This document shows positions 8,905 through 17,446 of a stretch of DNA of 61,688 nt, in pieces. The notes under the pieces were generated by a model, which searched no databases, was not told the origin of the DNA, and worked only from the letters and a program-made list of their open reading frames with translations. The stretch covers positions 1 through 61,688 of the IMG/VR virus record IMGVR_UViG_3300012894_000058. One strand, written 5' to 3'. The stretch comes from a virus (taxonomy: Duplodnaviria; Caudoviricetes). Position 1 is the stretch's first letter. Each line of letters opens with the position of its first letter. The translations under genes and the position numbers were made by a program.

Positions 8905-9295
8905 CCTTCTTGGGTTGCTGAGCGCTGATGAACTTGCCGAGCGGTCCAGTCGCCGCCTGGGCGAGCGCCACCAGGATCGATTTGATGCCCGAATCGCTGC
9001 TGACCATGTCCCAGAGCCTCGGCCCGGCGATGCCTCCGAAGGCGGTCAGGAGCGAGATGCCGGTGAAGTTGTGGAGCACTGGCCAGAATCCGGGGATGGT
9101 CAGGGCAAGCATGGTACCGACCAGCGTGCCGGTGCCGGTATCGGGCAGGGTGGTCGGCCAGGGCGTCAACGGCAGGCCGCGCCGCTGCTGGGCCTGCCGC
9201 TCGCGGGTGCGGGTGAGCAGACTGGCCAGCAGGGCCATGCCTGCGGCGTACAGCACCACCCACAGGTCGAGGCCCTCGAAGATGTTGTGTTGCAA
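8864..9295 (-). CDS. Holin candidate
   Basis: About three hydrophobic segments, charged C-terminus, AGGAG RBS. Confidence 0.65.
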   Translation of the reverse strand: MQHNIFEGLDLWVVLYAAGMALLASLLTRTRERQAQQRRGLPLTPWPTTLPDTGTGTLVGTMLALTIPGFWPVLHNFTGISLLTAFGGIAGPRLWDMVSSDSGIKSILVALAQAATGPLGKFISAQQPKKDGDSDGNQSPPHV

Positions 9296-9307
9296 GGTGC
9301 ACTCCTG

Positions 9308-9661
9308 TCATGGAAAGAAGGGGGCCGTGAAGTTCTGGATGCGGACGCGGTAGAACTTGCCGCTCAGGGCCTGCCACTTCAAGACCCAGTACCAGGGAAT
9401 GCCACTTCTCCGAAACGGCATGTCGGGCGTGACGACGGTCAGCGGATACTGGCGACCTCCTTCGAGCTGCACCAGGGCGTAGCCGTTTGGTGGACACGGC
9501 GCGCCGGAGAGGGTGGTGGTAGTGATGACCTGTGCGGCGTACATGCCGGGTAGACCGTTCGAACTGGCGATGGCCTGAACCCGGCAGAGTGGGGCGGGTG
9601 ATGGAGGCGCGGCAGCAGAAGCGGCCCCGAGGATCAGGGCCGCGAGCAGGACATGTTTCAT
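9308..9661 (-). CDS. Small secreted protein
   Basis: Signal peptide MKHVLLAALILGAASAA; GGAG RBS. Confidence 0.7.
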   Translation of the reverse strand: MKHVLLAALILGAASAAAPPSPAPLCRVQAIASSNGLPGMYAAQVITTTTLSGAPCPPNGYALVQLEGGRQYPLTVVTPDMPFRRSGIPWYWVLKWQALSGKFYRVRIQNFTAPFFP

Positions 9662-9674
9662 GGGGCTCCAAAAA

Positions 9675-11282
9675 CTAGGAAAGGTTGGCGCTCACTGCAC
9701 CGATCACTGTTCCGGCTTGATATCGGGCAGCGTGCCAAGCGTTGTGCTCGAGCACCTCCTGCGCGTACTTAGCAACGGCTGCTGAGGCGTCCATACCACC
9801 CAGCGTGGTATTAGCGGTGGCACCACTCCCGACGACGGTGTCGGTGCCACCCACGTCGTATGCATTGTTGTAGTTGTAGCCGTCTCCAGGGTTCTTGTTC
9901 CTCGAACCGGGCCGGTCCCAGCACATGCTCTGGTTGTCGTGTAAATAGGTCCGCTTCACGGTGCCGCCTGAGTAGGCATTCACATAGATGCCTACGTTGG
10001 TTCCACGGTTCACGGTGCCGTCTGGGTACTGACCTGAGCAGACCACCTTGTTGAACGACACCTCCTGATCGTTGCCGTTCCCGACGCCAATCCCAGCGTT
10101 ACCAGTGGCCAGCAGCAGGTTCTGAGTGATGAGGCCGTTGCCGTGCTTACTGTCGTCACTATCCGGCTGCGCACCGTCGCTGATGATTCCGCAGCCAGCG
10201 TTGAAGCCTGGGTCGGTGTTCGGGTCGGCCCCCTTGGTGATCGGCCACAGCCCAAAAATGCATAGACGGCGGATGTTGTACTTCCGGGTGCTCAGGCCGC
10301 TGCTTACGTAGTTGTTGATCGGATCTTCGATCAGCCCCACACCTGGCTCGGTCAGCACTTCGCCGTCTTCTACGTCATACACCGGGACGCTAAAGCAGTG
10401 GTCGGCCTGGAAGGCGTGACCGACTGCCCCACGAACCAGCTGGTAGGTGCCGTTGGCATTGGTCTTCAGGCACTGCATGCCAGTCGCCCGCCACTTTCGC
10501 AGAACGATTCGTTGCACGGAGCTCGTGCTCTGGCCGTTCACATACAGCACGAACGACGCGGCCTCGCTGTCCACATATTCCACCGTGATCCCGGCAGGCT
10601 TCTGGGCATTGATCAGCTTGCCGTGGCTGCTGTTCGCCACACCCGGGTGCACCCCGAACCCGATCAGGTTGCTGATCAAACCATCCGATCCAGAATTTGC
10701 CAGGATCCCATCTCCAGCATGCTTCACCCGGGCATTCGTGACGCTGTAGTTGGTGACGCCGGCCGGGATGATGATGGCGGGAACCGACGGGTCGGCGCTG
10801 GCATAGTTGCCGGTGATCGCTTGCCCTTGAGACAGCGTCACTGGGGATTTGTAGGTCCGTGGCTGCTGTGCCGATCCGAGCGTGGCGATGAGTGTCCAGG
10901 TCGCCGAGTTGCTGATCCCGAACACTCGGTAGTTCGCCGCTTCACCGTCTGGCAGTGTCTGATCGGTATAAGTGCCGACGCCCACAAAATCGCGCAAATA
11001 GAACTCACGCCCGCCGCGCTGCCGCATGACGGCGTACATCACGAAAGCGCTGGTGGTCGGCCAGATCAAGGTGAGGCTGTTCGCATTCACGAGAATCTGA
11101 GCTGCCCCTGTCACCACACCTTTCAAGAAGGCGGGGGCGATTTGACCAGACGTACTGACGGTCAGCGCCAGATTCGCGTTTGTGGTGGGCGTGACACCCT
11201 CTCCCTGCTGTCGGTACTTCATGGTTGGTGTATCGGTGAAGCCGAGTCGTCCTTTGGCATCGAAACTCGGATAGGTGGGCAT
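9675..11282 (-). CDS. Tail fibre/tailspike, probable beta-helix
   Basis: 535 aa, G/N/T-rich with parallel beta-helix-like repeats; position after tail tip. Confidence 0.65.
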   Translation of the reverse strand: MPTYPSFDAKGRLGFTDTPTMKYRQQGEGVTPTTNANLALTVSTSGQIAPAFLKGVVTGAAQILVNANSLTLIWPTTSAFVMYAVMRQRGGREFYLRDFVGVGTYTDQTLPDGEAANYRVFGISNSATWTLIATLGSAQQPRTYKSPVTLSQGQAITGNYASADPSVPAIIIPAGVTNYSVTNARVKHAGDGILANSGSDGLISNLIGFGVHPGVANSSHGKLINAQKPAGITVEYVDSEAASFVLYVNGQSTSSVQRIVLRKWRATGMQCLKTNANGTYQLVRGAVGHAFQADHCFSVPVYDVEDGEVLTEPGVGLIEDPINNYVSSGLSTRKYNIRRLCIFGLWPITKGADPNTDPGFNAGCGIISDGAQPDSDDSKHGNGLITQNLLLATGNAGIGVGNGNDQEVSFNKVVCSGQYPDGTVNRGTNVGIYVNAYSGGTVKRTYLHDNQSMCWDRPGSRNKNPGDGYNYNNAYDVGGTDTVVGSGATANTTLGGMDASAAVAKYAQEVLEHNAWHAARYQAGTVIGAVSANLS

Positions 11283-12670
11283 CAGCCAACCCTGGGAGCG
11301 ACCGAAGGCGCAGCGGTGTATGAGCCAAAATCCGTGATGTCGAACTGTCCTCCTGCTGAGGCGATGCCCATACCACCTGCACCGAGCACAGCTGTCTGCG
11401 CTCCCCAGATGGTGTAATCGGTGGGCTCAGGATCATTCACTTTGAAAATGCGGGCGCCAATGAATGAACCTGCGAAATCAAGCAGGCAGCGGTAGCCGAC
11501 GCCATTCACGAGGGTTGGATCGGCAACCTGCCCAGGTCCGCCCAGCAGCGCATCATTGCAATCCACCCAGACGCCAGAGCCATTGAAGTACCCGATTGAG
11601 AACCCACGCAAAGCGGCATTGGAGTTGTACCGGAACCGGACGCCTACGGCGACTGGAGCCGCTGCCGTGCCAGACACACGCCCGAGCACATAGGCATCGG
11701 ACAAATTGCCGTCGTTTTTGATGACGACCACCTGCAGGCCACCGTCTGGCGCGGTGCCTGTCGCCACGTTGGTCACGGCCGCCAGACCGTTACTGGCCTT
11801 GAATTCGAGGAGACCACCGCTCGGCGAGTGCTGTGTGTTGCTGTCTCCATAGCTGATATTGTCCATCGGATTCCAGGGCTGAGCCCATTTCGTCGTCGGG
11901 ATGGCGGCGAGATTTCCATACTGTCCCGCACTGCCACCGATGATGATCTTGTCCTGGACGGTCACTGCTGGGGTCGCACTGGTGTCTCCGAATCGCACGT
12001 TGAACGGCGAGTTGTTCGGAAGCAGGGTTGTGGCGCTCATGACCCTGGCGGGCTCATAGTAGACCTTGAAAACCGTTTCCTTGTACGTCGTGCTGTAGGC
12101 ATCGGAATCAGGGTTGTAGTACGCCACATTCACGTCGCTCGGTGTGGTTTTCTGCTTGAGGACCATCGCGTACTTCACAGTCAGGCCAGACATGCCGATG
12201 ATGTCAAAGCCGGTGAGCTTGCGATATGTGCCGTCCGCCATCTTGAGGAACTTGGGCGTACCGTAGAACCGGCTGACCATTGAGGGATCGAGGTCGCGGA
12301 CAACACCGGGGCCAGACAAGTAGACGAGACAGCCGTTGGTACCGCCTGTCAGCCCAGTGGTGATGGCGGGGTCAGCGGCTGCTGCACCGGCCGCTGCAAG
12401 GATCTCCATCTTGCTGCCATCGAACGCAAACACCGCCGGGCTGGTGTGGGCGGCCGTGACCCGGTAGGTGCTGCCACCCTGCGTGAAGGTGTCGCTGATC
12501 GCGTAAACGGTTGTTGCCGCCCAGGCCCCGCGTGGATTCAGGCCGGCCAGAGTAAAGTCCATCGGGGCGGTGCCATCGTCGTAAGCCACCCGCAGCGTGT
12601 TCGCGTTCGGCCTGCTGAGAGCCAGCCCCCGGCCTGGCTTGCCGCGCCCAACGTTACTGCTGCCGGTCAT
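11282..12670 (-). CDS. Tail fibre / receptor-binding protein with CBM5/12-like module
   Basis: GAWAATTVYAISDTFTQGGSTYRVTAAHTS. Confidence 0.65.
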   Translation of the reverse strand: MTGSSNVGRGKPGRGLALSRPNANTLRVAYDDGTAPMDFTLAGLNPRGAWAATTVYAISDTFTQGGSTYRVTAAHTSPAVFAFDGSKMEILAAAGAAAADPAITTGLTGGTNGCLVYLSGPGVVRDLDPSMVSRFYGTPKFLKMADGTYRKLTGFDIIGMSGLTVKYAMVLKQKTTPSDVNVAYYNPDSDAYSTTYKETVFKVYYEPARVMSATTLLPNNSPFNVRFGDTSATPAVTVQDKIIIGGSAGQYGNLAAIPTTKWAQPWNPMDNISYGDSNTQHSPSGGLLEFKASNGLAAVTNVATGTAPDGGLQVVVIKNDGNLSDAYVLGRVSGTAAAPVAVGVRFRYNSNAALRGFSIGYFNGSGVWVDCNDALLGGPGQVADPTLVNGVGYRCLLDFAGSFIGARIFKVNDPEPTDYTIWGAQTAVLGAGGMGIASAGGQFDITDFGSYTAAPSVAPRVG

Positions 12671-13011
12671 CCGAACACCTGCAGCAGCACGTCCCCAGCG
12701 CTGGCGACGGCAAGATACTGCTGACCCTCGAGAGCGAAGAGCTGACTTCCCGGCACCTCGTCGGGGGCCGTGCCGTCCACCAGACCGACCGTACCGCTGG
12801 CAATGCCGACCTTGACGCTGCTGTCTCCGGCCTTCACCGTGACGTTCGCCGAGAGACTGATCACGTTCACGAAGGTCGCGCCCGCAGGCATCTGGATGGC
12901 CGTCTGACCATCGGGCGCGCTCAAGCGGATGTTGTACCCGCCCAGCGAGATGCAGGGCACCGGCCGGGCGTTGCCTTCGAGGCGGTACGTCAATTTCTTC
13001 AGGGGTGCCAT
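12667..13011 (-). CDS. Hypothetical tail-associated protein
   Basis: 114 aa, GGAGG RBS, ATGA overlap. Confidence 0.7.
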   Translation of the reverse strand: MAPLKKLTYRLEGNARPVPCISLGGYNIRLSAPDGQTAIQMPAGATFVNVISLSANVTVKAGDSSVKVGIASGTVGLVDGTAPDEVPGSQLFALEGQQYLAVASAGDVLLQVFG

Positions 13012-13028
13012 GTTGAACCTCCGGAGGG

Positions 13029-13048
13029 AACCCCGCTTCGGCGGGGTT
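13029..13048. terminator. GC hairpin between tail genes
   Basis: AACCCCGC-TTCG-GCGGGGTT. Confidence 0.5.
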
Positions 13049-13058
13049 GAGTGGGCTA

Positions 13059-15167
13059 TCAGTTTTCGAGGCGGCGGACGCTCATCTTGGTGGTGATGGT
13101 GGTGGCATCTCCATAAACCTGTGTTCCTGCGCTGCTGTACGCCCAGACTTCGATCGTGTCGCCAGCGGTCAGTTCCAGCACATCGGTGTTGGTCAGGGCG
13201 ATCGAGCCGGTCACGATGCCATCCTCACCGACTTTCATCGACTCCACGTTGTTTCGCCGGACGGCCGCATTGACGCTGGTCCCGTTCGACCCGACGAACA
13301 CTACGGTTACGGCAATCAAATAGAGCCCTGTTGCTTTCACGGTGTAGACACTTGGCTTCATCGCTTCGGGCCGGACATCGTCCCCACCGGTACTGATCAC
13401 CCGATCCATGTTCACCCGCGTCCAGGTGGTCGCTGAGATGTTCTGCAGGGTGTTCTGGGCCGCCACGGCCAACAGCGGCTGGTATTCCAGCTCCCCATCC
13501 GGCCCGGTGACGTCCCGGACCACAGTCTTCGGCCCGACCGTGACCACCGCTCGGTCAAAGGCACCGGTGGCCGAACCGTTGCGGATCTTGTTGCGGTCGC
13601 TGATGCCCTGCTCTCGCACCGCCACGTCCTGGTGCGTGCGAGTGCCGGTGATCTCGTGAGCTCCGACCTCTACCTCGCAGTCGAAGCTATCCACAATCAG
13701 GATGTTTGCGTAGCCATAGCCGGGGCCGACCTCCCCGGTGGTCTGGTTGGGATCGTTGATCCGGTTGTTGTTGGTGTAGGTGTTCTCGTGGATGATGCAC
13801 TTGCGGGTCTGGTAGAGGTAGATCGCCCACTTGCCGCACTGATAGAAGTGTCCGGCGATCTGGTGCAGGCTGCCGCCCTCGATCAGCACCGCTCCACCGG
13901 TCAATACGCCGTCGTAGCTCCCATCGAAGCGGCAATCGGCCAGGACCTGCATGCTCACCGCATTCGGGGTGCACCAGATGGCGCACTTGTCCCAGCTCGG
14001 CACGAAGTCAGTGCCGGCCACCGAGAGGTTCACCGTCTCGTTTTTAAGGCCGAACTCGCGCCGCGGCGCCCAGATGTAGTTGCTGCCGGTGATGCGCGAG
14101 TCGCTGTGCTGCATGACCACCGAGCCGGACTTGCACCAGATGTTGGTCAGGCGGGTCATGAAGCAGACGGCGTTGCCGCTGGCCAGACAGGCGATGCCTG
14201 ACAGGCCCTTCCGGTCGAGGTTGTCGGTCGTGAAGACGTGAACGTCCTCGATCACCGCGTGGATGGTGTCCCAGAGCGTAATTTCCCAGGTGGCAGTGGG
14301 ATGGATCTGGCGCTCCAGATCCATCCGGCGGATCTTGACCCCGAACGTCCCTTCGTCGAGCACCTTCTTTCCCTGATCATCGTTCGGGAGGGCCGCTTTC
14401 GGCAAGGTTTCGAAGAACGGCACGTCGGTGGTGGCCCGCAGCACCGTTGCTTCCCCGGAGCCATAGACGTCCGTCTTGGCTCCCACGATGACCTTGTGGG
14501 CCCACAGGTAGATGCCCGGGAGGATGAACACCTGCCCGCCCACGTTGATAGCCATCTGCAACGCGTCGCTGTTGACCGTCCCGCTGGCCGCTGGGCTCAT
14601 GCCCGCCCAGGCCGCCAGCACTGGCCCGGCATACAAACGAATCGCATAGAGGTTGTTCTGCTCCAGGTGGTACACCGTACAGCCGTTGGCCGTGCCCGTA
14701 TCGCGGATGGCGAACACGCCGCCGAGAATCGCCTGCTGCACCACCACCGTGTCGCCGGAAGCCAGCCCGTCGATGCCATCGAGCAGCGTTTCCATGGTGT
14801 CGACCGTCAGCCGGTTGCGGATCCGGGCCACATCGTCCGCGCTGGCCAGCTTGTCGCTGCGCGCCGTGACCGCGTTCCCGTTCCAGGTGACGTACTGAGT
14901 GCCCACTCGGTACTGGCCGGCCACCTTCCCCGCAAGTTCACCCTCAGCAGAAACAGCCCCGGCCAAGTTCGAGAGTTGGAAGGCGTCACTGGCGGCTTTC
15001 TGAGCGGCCGTCGTGGCAGCGGCGACTGGTGCGAGGCCGGCCGCGATCTGACCGGGCAGAGCATCGGCGCTCGTCTTCGCCCGGTTCGCCTGATCGAAAG
15101 CGAACTGTGTGGCGTCGGCCAGCACCTGTACAGCCTGGCCGGTGACGACCGGAACGCTACCGGCCAT
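13059..15167 (-). CDS. Tailspike with pectate-lyase-like beta-helix and C1q-like C-terminus
   Basis: NSDALQMAIN.GG.VFILPGIY; C-terminal YTVKATGLYLI...LELTAGDTIEVW. Confidence 0.75.
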   Translation of the reverse strand: MAGSVPVVTGQAVQVLADATQFAFDQANRAKTSADALPGQIAAGLAPVAAATTAAQKAASDAFQLSNLAGAVSAEGELAGKVAGQYRVGTQYVTWNGNAVTARSDKLASADDVARIRNRLTVDTMETLLDGIDGLASGDTVVVQQAILGGVFAIRDTGTANGCTVYHLEQNNLYAIRLYAGPVLAAWAGMSPAASGTVNSDALQMAINVGGQVFILPGIYLWAHKVIVGAKTDVYGSGEATVLRATTDVPFFETLPKAALPNDDQGKKVLDEGTFGVKIRRMDLERQIHPTATWEITLWDTIHAVIEDVHVFTTDNLDRKGLSGIACLASGNAVCFMTRLTNIWCKSGSVVMQHSDSRITGSNYIWAPRREFGLKNETVNLSVAGTDFVPSWDKCAIWCTPNAVSMQVLADCRFDGSYDGVLTGGAVLIEGGSLHQIAGHFYQCGKWAIYLYQTRKCIIHENTYTNNNRINDPNQTTGEVGPGYGYANILIVDSFDCEVEVGAHEITGTRTHQDVAVREQGISDRNKIRNGSATGAFDRAVVTVGPKTVVRDVTGPDGELEYQPLLAVAAQNTLQNISATTWTRVNMDRVISTGGDDVRPEAMKPSVYTVKATGLYLIAVTVVFVGSNGTSVNAAVRRNNVESMKVGEDGIVTGSIALTNTDVLELTAGDTIEVWAYSSAGTQVYGDATTITTKMSVRRLEN

Positions 15168-15169
15168 GT

Positions 15170-15754
15170 TTAGAACTCGTTGGCTGCGTCATAACTCAAG
15201 ACCTCCGTCTGATAGGTGAATGTGCGGCCGGCGGCCTGGGTCGTCAGGGTGCCCGGCGTGTTCGAGACGCCACCGAGCGTTGAGTAGGTGCCGTCCTCAT
15301 TGCGGATCAGCAACCCGAGCGGGTAGTCGCCCGCGTTCATCTCGATCGGGAATCGGGTCGGGCGCACATCGTCGTCCGAGAGCCGCCAGAGGTTGTCGAG
15401 CAGTTCGAGGGTGTAGGTCAGTGTGCGGTTGAGCCCTGCCCGCCCCCGGTCTGGCGGTGGCCGCCCCTTGACGCCCAGCACGGTCACGTACCGTGCCCCC
15501 ACGTAGTACCGGGTGCAGGCCCGCATGCGGGCCTCCCAGGCATTCGCGGACACCCCACAGCTGCTCGGGTCGGTGCCGCTGATGATCAGCTGCACCTGCA
15601 TCGTCGCGCTGCTGACCGCCTCCTGGCCGTTCTCAATCTCGCCTTCCTTCCAGCGTTGCCCTCCGTAGGTGCGCTTGATGTCCAGTTCGAAGTCGACCTG
15701 CGGATCGCTGGCGTTGGCAATCGCCGGGTACCCGCCCGGGGCTGGGTTCTGCAC
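15170..15754 (-). CDS. Minor tail protein
   Basis: 194 aa in tail-tip cluster; function by synteny. Confidence 0.6.
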   Translation of the reverse strand: MQNPAPGGYPAIANASDPQVDFELDIKRTYGGQRWKEGEIENGQEAVSSATMQVQLIISGTDPSSCGVSANAWEARMRACTRYYVGARYVTVLGVKGRPPPDRGRAGLNRTLTYTLELLDNLWRLSDDDVRPTRFPIEMNAGDYPLGLLIRNEDGTYSTLGGVSNTPGTLTTQAAGRTFTYQTEVLSYDAANEF

Positions 15755-15808
15755 GATGGGGTACAGCGAACCTTTGGCGAAGACAGCGTTTTCGATAAGT
15801 CACCTCCT

Positions 15809-17443
15809 CTAATTGCTGCTGCTCACCAGCACAGCGCCCAGGGCCGAGATCTTGTCGCGGTCCTTAATCAGTGCCCAGGCCGCCGTGACCGCCGGATCGT
15901 CCCGCTGACCGAGCTTGACGAGTGTCTGTTCTGTGCCCGCCGGTGTCACCACGTACTCGTAGCTGGCCGGCAGTGTCACCAGGTCGAGCGGTGCCCTGGC
16001 CTTGCTGCGCCGCTGCAGATCGACGTAGGCCACCGGCTCGATCCAGCCGGGCACGCTCACCACGGCAGCGGCCACCACCGGCAGGCGCAGCACAGCCGCC
16101 GCCAGCGGAGCGCTGAACGCTTCGCTGACGTACAGCAGGGCCGCGGCCCTGATCACCACGTTGGCCGTGTAGTCGGTCACGGTGGCCTGGATGGTCAGCG
16201 TCCAGGCTTTCGAACCAGCGCTCTGCCGCAGGGCGTCCCGCACCTCGTCGGGCAGCAGGAAGTACCCGTTGTTCCCGGCTGGCGAGACGACCCTGAAGCT
16301 GGCCTGCCCGTCCGAAATGATGATCCGGGTAAGCGCCAGGTTCTCGGCCGCGAACTCCACACCGATCGGGATCTCGCCCCCTTGAGCCGGATACGTCAGT
16401 TGCATCTGAACGCCCAGCCAGCCGTGATTGGCGGAGTCGGGAATCAAGGTCAGAGCGCTGCTCCGGTCTCCGTCGTATAGAGCCTTCTCGTCGCCACTGG
16501 TGGTGTAGTCACCGATCTGCCCTCCACTGCTGACGATGGTGACAGTCGGGCTGAGTTCCACTCCCGTTTCCACAGCGCGCCGGAAGTTGGCACTGTCGAG
16601 GATCACTCCCAGGGTGGTGACGCTCACCCCGTAGTCGGGCGGTGACACGCCACTGATCACCGGGATCGGGCAGGCCAGCAGCTCGGAGGCCACTGCGCTC
16701 TGCGCGTTCTGCACTGTGTTCGGCGTCTGCCCACGGATGATCGGCGTGGCCGAGTAGGTCATCAGCGTGCCGGTCATGGGACGCGGCCACAGGAGACGCA
16801 GGTGCGTCACCAGTTCCTCGGCGCTGACGTCCTGCCACTCGGTCTTCACCCCTTCGGTGGCCTCGTCGATCAGCAGGGGCGTGCGGCTTACCGGGCCGAA
16901 CACCACCTGCCGATCAGCGTTCACCCGCACCGCTGCGTTCTCCAGTCGCCCGGCCAGTGTCTTAAGCACCGCGTCCGCATGCTGGTAGTTCGGAGCCAGC
17001 GCCCCCGAGGTGACGCCGCTGCTGAAGGCCGGGAACACCGGAACAGGATCGAGCAAGTTACCGAGCTGATCAGTGGCCTTCAAGTCGGTCAGCAGCTGCT
17101 GCACCTGACGGTACAGGTCAGCCGAAGCCAGCAGCGTCCTGACCTCGACCTCGCCGAGCCGCTTCATCAGCCCCACGATCTTGTAGCTGCCACTGGGGCT
17201 GTACCGGCTCTTGCTCTGGGTAACGATGCCCGCGAAGAGGTTGCGCCAGGTCGTGCCATCGTCGCTCTGCTGGATCTCCAGCAGCTCACGTGGGTGCAGA
17301 TCCACGTCGCCGTTGAAGGTGGCCTCGGTGCAGTCGCCGTTGCCGTCCCGCTTGGCAATGAAGCTGCCGTCGACGCGCAGCAGGTTGACCGGATAGGCCG
17401 CCCGGAAGGTACCGCGCGGGTCACTGATTCTGAATCTCCACAT
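15809..17443 (-). CDS. Tail tip / baseplate hub-like protein
   Basis: 544 aa right after tape measure; NLFAGIV motif, GGAGG RBS. Confidence 0.65.
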   Translation of the reverse strand: MWRFRISDPRGTFRAAYPVNLLRVDGSFIAKRDGNGDCTEATFNGDVDLHPRELLEIQQSDDGTTWRNLFAGIVTQSKSRYSPSGSYKIVGLMKRLGEVEVRTLLASADLYRQVQQLLTDLKATDQLGNLLDPVPVFPAFSSGVTSGALAPNYQHADAVLKTLAGRLENAAVRVNADRQVVFGPVSRTPLLIDEATEGVKTEWQDVSAEELVTHLRLLWPRPMTGTLMTYSATPIIRGQTPNTVQNAQSAVASELLACPIPVISGVSPPDYGVSVTTLGVILDSANFRRAVETGVELSPTVTIVSSGGQIGDYTTSGDEKALYDGDRSSALTLIPDSANHGWLGVQMQLTYPAQGGEIPIGVEFAAENLALTRIIISDGQASFRVVSPAGNNGYFLLPDEVRDALRQSAGSKAWTLTIQATVTDYTANVVIRAAALLYVSEAFSAPLAAAVLRLPVVAAAVVSVPGWIEPVAYVDLQRRSKARAPLDLVTLPASYEYVVTPAGTEQTLVKLGQRDDPAVTAAWALIKDRDKISALGAVLVSSSN

Positions 17444-17446
17444 GGT

